Notes: generated by a model from the letters alone, not told the origin. Counted from the stretch's first letter, positions 1 through 10,630 are shown. The stretch is DNA of 64,000 nucleotides from Dendrobates tinctorius (GCF_039654945.1 NW_027361902.1:744001-808000), one strand, 5' to 3'. Numbers and translations are program-made.

Positions 1-741
1 TGCTTTAGAGAGCACGCAGAGCACAGTGCGGAAACAGCGTGAAGTGCAAGGGAGCACAGAGGGCACTGACTAGCTGATTGAGCTGCGGCACTGACAGCCG
101 GGCAAGCCTCCAGTGAACCCGGCTGAGGCATGGCAGGCGACACAGCTGTCACTGACCGACGAGCATGGCTGAGGCACAAGCAGGCGGGCACGGCTAGGGC
201 GGGCACGGCTGAGGCACAAACAGGAGGCTAGGAAGGCCAGGCGCATGCAAAGGGCACACAAAGAAACAGAGCAAGGGAAGACAAGACGAGAAACAAGACA
301 GAGCTTAGGCAGTGTACGGAACCAGGGACGGAAGCATAGGCAGAAACACGGAATCAGGTCAGAGCAAGAACAGAGCTAGCAGCGGCGCGTAGGCTGAAGC
401 CCAGAGCCGGGCCAAGGGAGAACCTTGGGACTAGCCTAGAAACGTGCAAGAGAGCATAATAGGAAAGAGTCTAGCAGCGGAGCGTAGGCCAAAGCCCAGA
501 GCCGGGCCAAGGCAGAGCCTTGGGACTAGACATGGATAAGAGCACAAACGGAAAGATAGGAGGAATGGTGCGTGTGCCAGGGAGCACTACAGAGCACCAT
601 AGGAGAGAGCAAGGCAGAGCAAGCAAAGACTCAGACCATAGGGAGGAGCAAGGCAGAGCAAGGCAAGGTACGAAACAAGGCATAGCGAAAACAGGCAAGG
701 CAGAGAATAACAGAAGGACTACAAGTCCAAGCAGGACAAAC
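1..741 (-). mobile_element. Fragment of a long, internally repetitive Gypsy-family LTR (same family as solo LTR B at 11967-26604)
   Basis: Shares motifs such as TAGCAGCGGAGCGTAGGCCGAAGCCCAGAGCCGGG and GCAGAGAA..CAGAAGGACTACAAGTC with 19540-19730 and 25580-25750. Cut off at ~741 by an L2 fragment. Strand inferred from the related copy. Confidence 0.65.
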
Positions 742-1520
742 CACATATCCAAGCCCTTTCCACTTCCTGCCGACTTCAACTCAAAAATATTTCACGAATC
801 CGTTCATTCCTCAACCAAAAATCTGCAAAAACCCTAGTCCATGCCCTCATCATCTCTCGCCTTGACTACTGCAACCTCCTGCTCTGTGGCCTCCCCTCGA
901 ACAATCTCGCACTCCTCCAATCTATTCTAAACTCTGCTGCCCGACTAATCCACCTGTCCCCACCGCTATTCCCCAGCTTCTCCCCTCTGTCAATCCCTAA
1001 ACTGGCTCCCCATTGCCCAGAGACTCCAGTACAAAACCCTAACCATGACATACAAAGCCATCCACAACCTGTCTCCTCCTTACATCTGTGACCTCGTCTC
1101 CCGGTACTTTCCTGCACGCAACCTCCGATCCTCACAAGTTCTCCTCTACTCCCCTCTTATCTCCTCTTCCCACAATCGCATACAAGATTTCTCTCGCGCA
1201 TCACCCCTACTCTGGAACTCTCTACCACAACATATCAGACTCTCACCTACCATCGAAACCTTCAAAAAGAGCCTGAAGACCCACCTCTTCCGACAAGCCT
1301 ATAACCTGCAGTAACCACCGATCGACCAAACCGCTGCATGACCAGCTCTACCCTCGCCTACTGTATTCTCACCCATCCCTTGTAGATTGTGAGCCTTCGC
1401 GGGCAGGGTCTTCTCTCCTGTACCAGTTATGACTTGTATTGTTTAACATTATTGTACTTGTTTTTATTATGTATACCCCTCCTTACATGTAAAGCGCCAT
1501 GGAATAAATGGCGCTATAAC
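742..1520 (+). mobile_element. 5'-truncated L2 (CR1/L2 clade) LINE: C-terminus of the RT ORF plus 3' UTR; the (AAT)n tail is displaced to 10389-10415 by the hAT insertion
   Basis: Translates to L2-type ..KNISRIRSFL..LVHALIISRLDYCN..LQSILNSAARLI..WLPI..RLQYKTLTMTYKAIHNLSPPYI..LWNSLPQHIRLSPTIETFKKSLKTHLF. Perfect 3' stem-loop AGCGCCAT-GGAATAA-ATGGCGCT at 1493-1515. AAT-rich tail resumes at 10389. Confidence 0.9.
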
Positions 1521-2231
1521 TAGAGTTGAGCGACTTTTGGTTTTTTAGGGTCGCGTTTCGTTTCGTGAAACCCGACTTTTCCAAAAGTCGGGTCGAGCAA
1601 GATCGTCCGATTATAGGGAAAAGTCGGGGTCGTCCCGAAACACGAAACCCAATGTAAGTCAATGGGGAATAAAAGTCGGCAGTGAGAGGAGGACAGGAAA
1701 CACACCAACAGTGCCCATTTGAATGCCAAAAGCATCAATTCTTCTTACTTAAGCTTGTCAACCTTAATTAACTTCATAATACAAGTTACGCACTGAAAAT
1801 TGGGGGTTATTTGGCTACAGACTGTGGGGGGGGAGGGCTGGCTCCAGGTTTTCATGTGCCCTGGGCGAAAGAGCGCCCCTTTAACACATACCACAACTCA
1901 TCATGCTCCGATATGGCAGAGAAATAGCGGTATAGTACAATGAAAACTACCTCACTTTTTACATCTCATGACGAGGCCCATCTATTTCTCCATACAGAAT
2001 CATTGGTCCCATATAATGTTTGAAACAGTATATGATGAGCTCCACATAATGCTACAGTATATGTTGGTCCCCATGGATGAAGCTCTACTGTCTTATGGGC
2101 CCAAATAATGCTCCAAACATAATGGGCCCCATTTCTAATGCTCTAGTGTATAATGGGCCCTGTAAATGCTGCTCCAGTGTCTGATGTCCACCTTTGGAAT
2201 GTTCCAGTGTATGGTGGGCCCCATCTATCAT

Positions 2232-3240
2232 TCTCAGACGGTGTTAGGCCCAGTATGGATTGCACGTGATTGCACAAAGGTTAGAAAGGGTACCGTATCC
2301 CCAGATAACATGTATGGATAGCGTACACATTCAAAATATATGTCTCAGGAGGCAGGCTCAGACGGTGTTAGGCCCAGTATGGATTGCACGTCATTGCACA
2401 AAGGTTAGAAAGGGTACCGTATCCCCGAATAACATGTATGGATAGCGTACACATTCAAAATATGTCTCAGGAGGCAGGCTCAGACGGTGTTAGGCCCAGT
2501 ATGGATTGCACGTGATTGCACAAAGGTTAGAAAGGGTACCGTATCCCCGGATAACATGTATGAATAGCGTACACATTCAAAATATATGTCTCAAGAGGCA
2601 GGCTCAGACGGTGTTAGGCCCAGTATGGATTGCACGTGATTGCACAAAGGTTAGAAAGGGTACCGTATCCCCGGATAACATGTATGGATAGCGTACACAT
2701 TCAAAATATATGTCTCAGGAGGCAGGCTCAGACGGTGTTAGGCCCAGTATGGATTGCACGTGATTGCACAAAGGTTAGAAAGGGTACCGTATCCCCGGAT
2801 AACATGTATGGATAGCGTACACATTCAAAATATATGTCTCAGGAGGCAGGCTCAGACGGTGTTAGGCCCAGTATGGATTGCACGTGATTGCACAAAGGTT
2901 AGAAAGGGTACCGTTTCCCCAGATAACATGTATGGATAGCGTACACATTCAAAATATATGTCTCAGGAGGCAGGCTCAGACGGTGTTAGGCCCAGTATGG
3001 ATTGCACGTGATTGCACAAAGGTTAGAAAGGGTACCGTTTCCCCAGATAACATGTATGGATAGCGTACACATTCAAAATATATGTCTCAGGAGGCAGGCT
3101 CAGACGGTGTTAGGCCCAGTATGGATTGCACGTGATTGCACAAAGGTTAGAAAGGGTACCGTTTCCCCAGATAACATGTATGGATAGCGTACACATTCAA
3201 AATATATGTCTCAGGAGGCAGGCTCAGACGGTGTCAGGCA
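2232..3240. repeat. Tandem array, 124-bp unit, ~8 near-identical copies, inside the hAT element downstream of the transposase
   Basis: CTCAGACGGTGTTAGGCCCAGTATGGATTGCACGTG.. recurs at 2233, 2357, 2479, 2603, 2727, 2851, 2975, 3099 and 3223. Degenerate ~40-bp repeats (TGCTCCAGT..GGGCCCC) precede it at ~2000-2230. Confidence 0.95.
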
Positions 3241-3670
3241 CAGCATGGATTTGACGGCCCAGATTACACAGCGGAGGAGCAGGGAGAGGTAAAGATTGCA
3301 AATGCTGGGGCCCTGCCCAAGCAAGGGGGGCCCACTCGTGGGCGTCGGTACTGGCACTGGGCCCCTCATAGTACAGCGGTGTGTCTGAAGGCGGGTGTGC
3401 ACCACCACCGTCAGAGACACTTGATTGCACTATGAGGGACCCTGTGCCAGTGCCCGCGCCCAAGAGTCGGCCTACCCACCTGTCCAGGGCAACGGCACTC
3501 GCACGGTGTCGTGCGCTAGGTGGTGACCCCGGCCATGGGGGGGGAGGCAGCACAGTTAGGGAGTTTTAGAAAGTGGCATATGTTGATGTTGGACATTCAG
3601 CTGATGCAAAAGGCGAAATAGGTGAAGTACCAGGAAGAGGTGGACCAAAGCAAGCCATTTTTCTGTCACC

Positions 3671-6600
3671 CTATGTGTCATCAGGGGAAGGTGGGACAAA
3701 ATCCTTGGAAACCCATGCGTGGTTCATTTTAATGAAGGTTAGATCATCCACATTTTGGGTTGACAGACGGGTCCTTTTTTCTGTCAGGATTGATCCAGCT
3801 GCACTGAAGACTCTTTCCGATAGCACACTTGCAGCTGGGCAAGCGAGCTCCTGTAAGGCATATTGGGCCAATTCAGGCCAGGTGTCCAGTTTAGCGGCCC
3901 AATAGTCAAAGGGGAATGACCTGTGTGGGAGAACATCGATATGGGAGGAAAAGTAGTTTGTAACCATAGTTGACAACTGCTGTCTCCTGTCACTTTCCAT
4001 CGATGCAGTATTACCAGTTGTGTGAGCAGTATTTGAAAAATCAGTCCACAACATTGTCATGAAACCCCTGTCTCCAACGCCACTTCTGCTGTGTGCACCA
4101 CGAACACCTCTGCCAAGCTGCCCCCGGCCCGTACGGCTCGTGTGAGAACCATCACCGCTGCTGTGTGCTGGGAATGCCTCAAGCAACCGATTTACCAGAG
4201 TTGCTTGTTTATTAGCCAATATTAGGTCAAGGTTCTCCTGTGGCATGATGTTTTGTAATTTTCCTTTATAGCGTGGATCCAGGATGCTGGCCAACCAGTA
4301 GTCGTCATCGTTCATCATTTTGGCAATGCGGGGGTCCCTTTTTAGGATCCGCAAGGCATAATCTGACATGTGGGCCAATGTTCCCGGTGTCAATGATGCA
4401 CTGCGAGTGCTGGGTGGAGGAGCACTTTCTGGCAAATCCACATCCCTCCAGTCACGCACAAACCCTGTACCAGACCTTGCCATGCCAACATTTTCACTTG
4501 CCCCACGAGATGCATCCTCCTCCCCTAAGTAATCATCCCCATCATCATCCTCCTCCTCCTCTTCTTCCTCCACCTCGTCCAGGAGAGGTCCCTGAGCAGA
4601 CAATGGCTGAATGTCATCAAGGATTCCCTCCTCCTCTTCCTCCTCATCAACATTGGCTGCAGAAGCCTGCTTAAGGTGCGTCAAAGTTTGCATGAGCAGA
4701 CGCATAAGTGGGATGCTCATGCTTAGGATGGCGTCGTCTGCGCTTACCAGCCGTGTGCATTCCTCAAAACACTGAAGGACTTTACAGAGGTCTTTCAGCT
4801 TCGACCACTGCACACCTGTCAACTCCATGTCTGCTCTCAAAGTGCCTGGCCGTGTATCCTCCCACAAATGCATTATGGCCTGCCTCTGCTCGCACAGCCG
4901 CTCCACCATGTGCAGGGTGGAGTTCCACCTTGTTGCAATGTCGATAATGAGGCGGTGGTTGGGAAGGTGGAGCAATCGCTGCAGCTTCTGCATACGAACG
5001 GAGTGTACAGGCGACCGGCGGATGTGCGCGCACAGTCTTCGCACCTTCTGGAGCAGGGCTGTTAACTCCGGATAATTTTTGAGGAAGCACTGCACCACCA
5101 GGTTCAAGGTGTGAGCCAAGCAAGGTATGTGGCTGAGTTTTGAAAGGGCTATGGCTGCCACAAAATTACGGCCGTTATCACTAACTACCTTGCCTGCCTC
5201 AAGATGTACACTGCCCAGCCATGACTCAGTTTGTCGCTTCAAGTACTCGGCCAGCACCTCGGCGGTGTGTCTGTCGCCCAAACACATCATCTGCAACACA
5301 GCCTGCTGACGCTTTCCACTAGCTGCTCGATAGGGGGACACATCGTGTGCAACAGTGGCAGCTGCAGATGGAGTGCTCGTACGACTGCGCTCTGTGGACG
5401 AGCTTTCGCTTCTGGAGGAGGAGGAGGAGGAGGAGGGTCGAACACCTACAGCCAACTGTTTCCTATACCGTGGGCTAGGCAGCACTGTCCCACCACCGCT
5501 GTCCCCTGTGGACCCTGCATCCACCACATTAACCCAGTGCGCAGTGATGGACACGTAACGGCCCTGGCCATGCCGACTGGACCATGCATCAGTTGTGAGG
5601 TGCACCTTTCCGCTCACTGACTGCTTGAGTGCATGGACAATGCGGTCTTTCACATGATGGTGGAGGGCTGGGATGGCTTTGCGAGAGAAGAAGTGGCGAC
5701 TGGGTAGGTCATAGCGTGGTACTGCATAGGCCATGAGTTCGCGGAAAGCTGTGCTTTCCACCAACCGAAAGGGCATCATCTCAAACGAGATTAGTTTGGC
5801 AATGTGGGCGTTCAAACCCAGTGTACGCGGATGAGAGACTGAGTACTTTCTTGACCTACTCATAGTGTCTGGGAGGGTGAGCTGGACTTGAGAGCTGCAT
5901 ATGGTGGAAGTAGCGGTGGACAGGGCGAACTGAGAGAGGGTTGATGATGGTGATGGAGTTGGTGTTCTTTCTGATGGCCTAGAATCAGTCTTTCGTTGAT
6001 ATAACAGTGGGATTCCCTGACTGCTGTGGCCTTGCAACGACACTTCAACATTTGCTGCTGTGCTAACCGGTGGGCTTACAGTGGGGGAAACAATGTAGCG
6101 TTGCTGACTACCTTCGTTGTGATCAGTTGCACATGTGGCACTTGAGGTTTGGTGTTGTGTCCACGCTTGCAAGTGCATGCTGGTTAAATGTCTAAGCATG
6201 CAACTGGTATTCAAATTTTTCCCTCGGCTAAAGGTCTTTGCGCACTTCTTACAGATAACCTTGGCCTGATCATGAGGATTTTGGTCAAAAAAGTGCCACA
6301 CTGCACTCTTCCTACTTTGGCAGACATTTTGCGGCCTAGCACGCTGTGATCTTTTGACCCTCTGGACAAGCTGTCCAGCAACTCTTTTGATGTTTGGAAC
6401 CTGTCTTTGGAGTGCTCCGGGCCTGCCAGATAACAGCTGTTGCGATGTCGATGTCTGCTGTGGATGCTCCTCATCTGAGCTATTGGAAGCAGCACCCTCT
6501 TCCCCCAATGGATGCCAATCTGGGTCAACAACTGGGTCATCCATCACCTCCTCTTCTATGTCATGTGCACCTTCCTCTGTGTCACCGTGTATGGTGGTAT

Positions 6601-7201
6601 AGTGTGCGGGAAGGGGCACCTGAGTCTCATCAGGGTCAGAATCTGGCTCTGTACACTGCGAGGACAATGTAGTGCTCTGAGTGAATGTACCAGCAGAATC
6701 ATCCATCAGCGGCTGTGCATCAGTGCACTCCATGTCAGATTCATCTTGGCCTGGGTAATTCACCATTTCACTTGATAATCCAGGCATGGTATGTGAAAAC
6801 AGCTCCATGGAGTAATCAGTAGTATGGCCTGCGTCATCCTTCAATCTTGGTTGGGGTGAAGGACACAAGGAAAGGTGTGGTTCATGAACATGAGCCTCCA
6901 ATGACGACTCAGTGCTTTTACTTTTTACAACTGAAGAAGAGGAGGCGATAGAGCTGGAGGCTGAGTCAGCAATGTAAGACAAAACTGTTTCCTGATGCTC
7001 TGGCTTTAAAAGAGGTTTGCCAACTCCTAGAAAACTAAGCGTTCGAGGCCTTATGTAGCCAGACGATGACGCAGGCTCAACACCTCCTGCATTCGGTCCT
7101 ATTTTGCTCTTGCCACTACCATCAGATCCACCACCAACACCATCATTACCAGCTGCCAACCCCCGCCCAATTCCACGGCCTCTTCCACCAGCCTTCCTCA
7201 T
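3671..7201 (-). CDS. hAT transposase (ZBED1/ZBED4-like architecture: BED zinc finger, DDE core, C-terminal dimerisation domain), ~1176 aa from the first ATG
   Basis: Uninterrupted ORF, first ATG at 7201 (MRKAGGRGRG). BED finger SAVWHFF..CKKC..MLRHLTSMH. Catalytic motifs LTTDAWSS, VVSDNGRN, PCLAHTLNL, TRWNST, LDPRYK. Dimerisation domain YW..WPELAQYA..CPAASVLSERVFSAAG..RTRLS..LTFIKMN. Confidence 0.95.
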   Translation of the reverse strand: MRKAGGRGRGIGRGLAAGNDGVGGGSDGSGKSKIGPNAGGVEPASSSGYIRPRTLSFLGVGKPLLKPEHQETVLSYIADSASSSIASSSSVVKSKSTESSLEAHVHEPHLSLCPSPQPRLKDDAGHTTDYSMELFSHTMPGLSSEMVNYPGQDESDMECTDAQPLMDDSAGTFTQSTTLSSQCTEPDSDPDETQVPLPAHYTTIHGDTEEGAHDIEEEVMDDPVVDPDWHPLGEEGAASNSSDEEHPQQTSTSQQLLSGRPGALQRQVPNIKRVAGQLVQRVKRSQRARPQNVCQSRKSAVWHFFDQNPHDQAKVICKKCAKTFSRGKNLNTSCMLRHLTSMHLQAWTQHQTSSATCATDHNEGSQQRYIVSPTVSPPVSTAANVEVSLQGHSSQGIPLLYQRKTDSRPSERTPTPSPSSTLSQFALSTATSTICSSQVQLTLPDTMSRSRKYSVSHPRTLGLNAHIAKLISFEMMPFRLVESTAFRELMAYAVPRYDLPSRHFFSRKAIPALHHHVKDRIVHALKQSVSGKVHLTTDAWSSRHGQGRYVSITAHWVNVVDAGSTGDSGGGTVLPSPRYRKQLAVGVRPSSSSSSSRSESSSTERSRTSTPSAAATVAHDVSPYRAASGKRQQAVLQMMCLGDRHTAEVLAEYLKRQTESWLGSVHLEAGKVVSDNGRNFVAAIALSKLSHIPCLAHTLNLVVQCFLKNYPELTALLQKVRRLCAHIRRSPVHSVRMQKLQRLLHLPNHRLIIDIATRWNSTLHMVERLCEQRQAIMHLWEDTRPGTLRADMELTGVQWSKLKDLCKVLQCFEECTRLVSADDAILSMSIPLMRLLMQTLTHLKQASAANVDEEEEEEGILDDIQPLSAQGPLLDEVEEEEEEEDDDGDDYLGEEDASRGASENVGMARSGTGFVRDWRDVDLPESAPPPSTRSASLTPGTLAHMSDYALRILKRDPRIAKMMNDDDYWLASILDPRYKGKLQNIMPQENLDLILANKQATLVNRLLEAFPAHSSGDGSHTSRTGRGQLGRGVRGAHSRSGVGDRGFMTMLWTDFSNTAHTTGNTASMESDRRQQLSTMVTNYFSSHIDVLPHRSFPFDYWAAKLDTWPELAQYALQELACPAASVLSERVFSAAGSILTEKRTRLSTQNVDDLTFIKMNHAWVSKDFVPPSPDDT

Positions 7202-7276
7202 TTTTGGTAGAAATGTAGACAAAATCCAACAAACTATATAGTAATGTAAAACAAGGTACAAGGTGTCTATAGGACA

Positions 7277-9598
7277 GGGGAGATTTTGAATTTCTGCAGA
7301 CACTTGTGGACAGTTTTGGATTGTGTGAGGCCCACTGATATCTGAGCGCTATGTTACAGGCTCGATGGCACAGCTGTGACAAAAGTGACGAGAGGATAAG
7401 GGAGATTTATGAATTTCTGCAGACACTTGTGGACAGTTTTGGATTGTGTGAGGCCCACTGATATCTGAGCGCTATGTCACAGGCTCGATGGCACAGCTGT
7501 GACAAAAGTGACGAGAGGATAAGGGAGATTTTGAATTTCTGCAGACACTTGTGGACAGTTTTGTATTGGGTGAGGCCCACTGATATCTGAGCGCTATGTG
7601 ACAGGCTCGATGGCACAGCTGTGACAAAAGTGACGAGAGGATAAGGGAGATTTTGAATTTCTGCAGACACTTGTGGACAGTTTTGGATTGTGTGAGGCCC
7701 ACTGATATCTGAGCGCTATGTCACAGGCTCGATGGCACAGCTGTGACAAAAGTGACGAGAGGATAAGGGAGATTTTGAATTTCTGCAGACACTTGTGGAG
7801 TTTTGGATTGTGTGAGGCCCACTGATATCTGAGCGCTATGTGACAGGCTCGATGGCACAGCTGTGACAAAAGTGACGAGAGGATAAGGGAGATTTTGAAT
7901 TTCTGCAGACACTTGTGGACAGTTTTGGATTGTGTGAGGCCCACTGATATCTGAGCGCTATGTCACAGGCTCGATGGCACAGCTGTGACAAAAGTGACGA
8001 GAGGATAAGGGAGATTTTGAATTTCTGCAGACACTTGTGGACAGTTTTGGATTGTGTGAGGCCCACTGATATCTGAGCGCTATGTGACAGGCTCGATGGC
8101 ACAGCTGTGACAAAAGTGACGAGAGGATAAGGGAGATTTTGAATTTCTGCAGACACTTGTGGACAGTTTTGGATTGTGTGAGGCCCACTGATATCTGAGC
8201 GCTATGTCACAGGCTCGATGGCACAGCTGTGACAAAAGTGACGAGAGGATAAGGGAGATTTTGAATTTCTGCAGACACTTGTGGACAGTTTTGTATTGTG
8301 TGAGGCCCACTGATATCTGAGCGCTATGTGACAGGCTCGATGGCACAGCTGTGACAAAAGTGACGAGAGGATAAGGGAGATTTTGAATTTCTGCAGACAC
8401 TTGTGGACAGTTTTGGATTGTGTGAGGCCCACTGATATCTGAGCGCTATGTCACAGGCTCGATGGCACAGCTGTGACAAAAGTGACGAGAGGATAAGGGA
8501 GATTTTGAATTTCTGCAGACACTTGTGGACAGTTTTGTATTGTGTGAGGCCCACTGATATCTGAGCGCTATGTGACAGGCTCGATGGCACAGCTGTGACA
8601 AAAGTGACGAGAGGATAAGGGAGATTTTGAATTTCTGCAGACACTTGTGGACAGTTTTGGATTGTGTGAGGCCCACTGATATCTGAGTGCTATGTGACAG
8701 GCTCGATGGCACAGCTGTGACAAAAGTGACGAGAGAATAAGGGAGATTTTGAATTTCTGCAGACACTTGTGGACAGTTTTGGATTGTGTGAGGCCCACTG
8801 ATATCTGAGCGCTATGTCACAGGCTCGATGGCACAGCTGTGACAAAAGTGACGAGAGGATAAGGGAGATTTTGAATTTCTGCAGACACTTGTGGACAGTT
8901 TTGGATTGTGTGAGGCCCACTGATATCTGAGCGCTATGTGACAGGCTCGATGGCACAGCTGTGACAAAAGTGACAAGAGGATAAGGGAGATTTTGAATTT
9001 CTGCAGACACTTGTGAACAGTTTTGGATTGTGAGGCCCACTGATATCTGAGCGCTATGTCACAGGCTTGATGGCACAGCTGTGACAAAAGTGACGAGAGG
9101 ATAAGGGAGATTTTGAATTTCTGCAGACACTTGTGGACAGTTTTGGATTGTGTGAGGCCCACTGATATCTGAGCGCTATGTGACAGGCTCGATGGCACAG
9201 CTGAGACAAAAGTGACGAGAGGATAAGGGAGATTTTGAATTTCTGCAGACACTTGTGGACAGTTTTGGATTGTGAGGCCCACTGATATCTGAGCGCTATG
9301 TCACAGGCTCGATGGCACAGCTGTGACAAAAGTGACGAGAGGATAAGGGAGATTTTGAATTTCTGCAGACACTTGTGGACAGTTTTGTATTGTGTGAGGC
9401 CCACTGATATCTGAGCGCTATGTGACAGGCTCGATGGCACAGCTGTGACAAAAGTGACGAGAGGATAAGGGAGATTTTGAATTTCTGCAGACACTTGTGG
9501 ACAGTTTTGGATTGTGTGAGGCCCACTGATATCTGAGCGCTATGTCACAGGCTCGATGGCACAGCTGTGACAAAAGGGACTAGAGGATAAGGGAGATT
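7277..9598. repeat. Tandem array, 122-bp unit, ~19 copies, between the hAT promoter and the transposase ATG
   Basis: Unit GGGAGATTTTGAATTTCTGCAGACACTTGTGGACAG..GAGAGGATAA repeats with a 120-123-bp period and very few substitutions. Confidence 0.97.
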
Positions 9599-10010
9599 GG
9601 ATTGCTTTTAAAAAAGCAGTTTGCGGAGCAGTGGGTAAACAGCAATGCCAGCCTGTCAGGAAGCCTTAAAAGGCAGCCCAACAACCAACACCACTGATAC
9701 ACCACAATATAGCCTCCCCTTGCACTGCACACACAGTGACTGGTGTGTTGTGCAGGCCAAATTGCTAGCAGCAGAAGCAGTTTTTTTTTCTTCTCAGGAC
9801 AAAAAAAAAAAATTGGGATTGCTTTTAAAAAAGCAGTTTGCGGAGCAGTGGGTAAACAGCAATGCAGGAATGTCAGGAAGCCTTAGAAGGCAGCCCAACA
9901 ACCAACACCACTGATACACCACTATATAGCCTCCCCTTGCACTGCACACACAGTGATTGGTGTGTTGTGCAGGCCAAATCGCTAGCAGCAGAAGCAGTTT
10001 TTTTGTCTTC
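9597..10010. repeat. Direct duplication of a ~217-bp segment in the hAT leader
   Basis: GGATTGCTTTTAAAAAAGCAGTTTGCGGAGCAGTGGG..GCAGAAGCAGTTTTTTT occurs at ~9599 and ~9816. Confidence 0.9.
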
Positions 10011-10069
10011 TTCCCTGCCTAACGCTCTCCCTACAGAATCAGCAGCAACCTCTCCCTATACTGAGATCG

Positions 10070-10222
10070 GCAGAAGATGGCGGTCGGCGTGCACGCCCTT
10101 TTATACCCCCTGTGACGCCCACCAAAGCAAGCCAATCACTTGCATGCCCTTCTGAAAGATGGTGGTGACCCCTGCCTATGTCATCACGTTGCCCACAGTG
10201 TCCATGGATCCTGATTGGCTGA
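10070..10222 (-). promoter_or_regulatory. Putative RNA Pol II promoter of the hAT transposase
   Basis: Minus strand: TATAAAAG at 10105-10098, and YY1-type CCGCCATCTT at 10082-10073, 25-30 nt downstream of the TATA. CCAAT boxes at 10132-10136 (+) and 10214-10218 (-). Points toward the transposase ORF. Confidence 0.7.
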
Positions 10223-10415
10223 AAAAGAGCGCAAAACAAACTTTTGAAACGCGACTTTGGCACGTAAGTCGCCGACCTCGTGGCCGACCTCATCCTAGGG
10301 TCGGGTTTCGTTTCATGAAACCCGACTTTGCCAAAAGTCGGCGACTTTTGAAATTTTTCGACCCGTTTCGCTTAACTCTAGCTATAACAATAAATAATAA
10401 TAAAATAATAATAAC

Positions 10416-10616
10416 AACACACTCAGGGGTCACCACACAATGCCAAGGGCGAAAGTATAACTGACGGGGGATGGGAGCTTCCTGAGGTTATAAGAAGCCT
10501 CCCCAGAACCAATGAGAGGCCACCATAATAGGTCCCAGGTGTGCAGGTGAGAGTCTGCACTGAGATCAGAACATTAACCCCAGAAGTGCCGGTCACCCAG
10601 CACTGGTATCATGACA
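10416..10616 (-). mobile_element. Terminal fragment of a Gypsy-type LTR
   Basis: Ends in CATGACA (10616), like the LTR ends at 26604 and 27124. Minus-strand TATA-like sequence followed ~28 nt later by CCCTGAGTG, as in the other LTRs here. Confidence 0.4.
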
Positions 10617-10630
10617 TCTTGCATGTGGTA

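Larger units (their letters stand above)
1521..10380 (-). mobile_element. Full-length hAT-superfamily DNA transposon (8860 bp)
   Basis: TIRs TAGAGTTGAGCGA (1521) and TCGCTTAACTCTA (ends 10380), 12/13 match. Exact 8-bp TSD GCTATAAC at 1513-1520 and 10381-10388. Encloses an intact hAT transposase ORF. Confidence 0.96.

Noticed and set aside
3671-7201. Domesticated ZBED host gene
   Set aside because: Flanked by TIRs and a perfect TSD inside an L2, so it is a transposon; no gene symbol assigned.
2260-9526. Repeated 61-156-aa ORFs in the 124-bp and 122-bp arrays, and the ORF-track start of the transposase at 7303
   Set aside because: They start at TTG/GTG and are products of repeat periodicity; the first true ATG of the transposase is at 7201.
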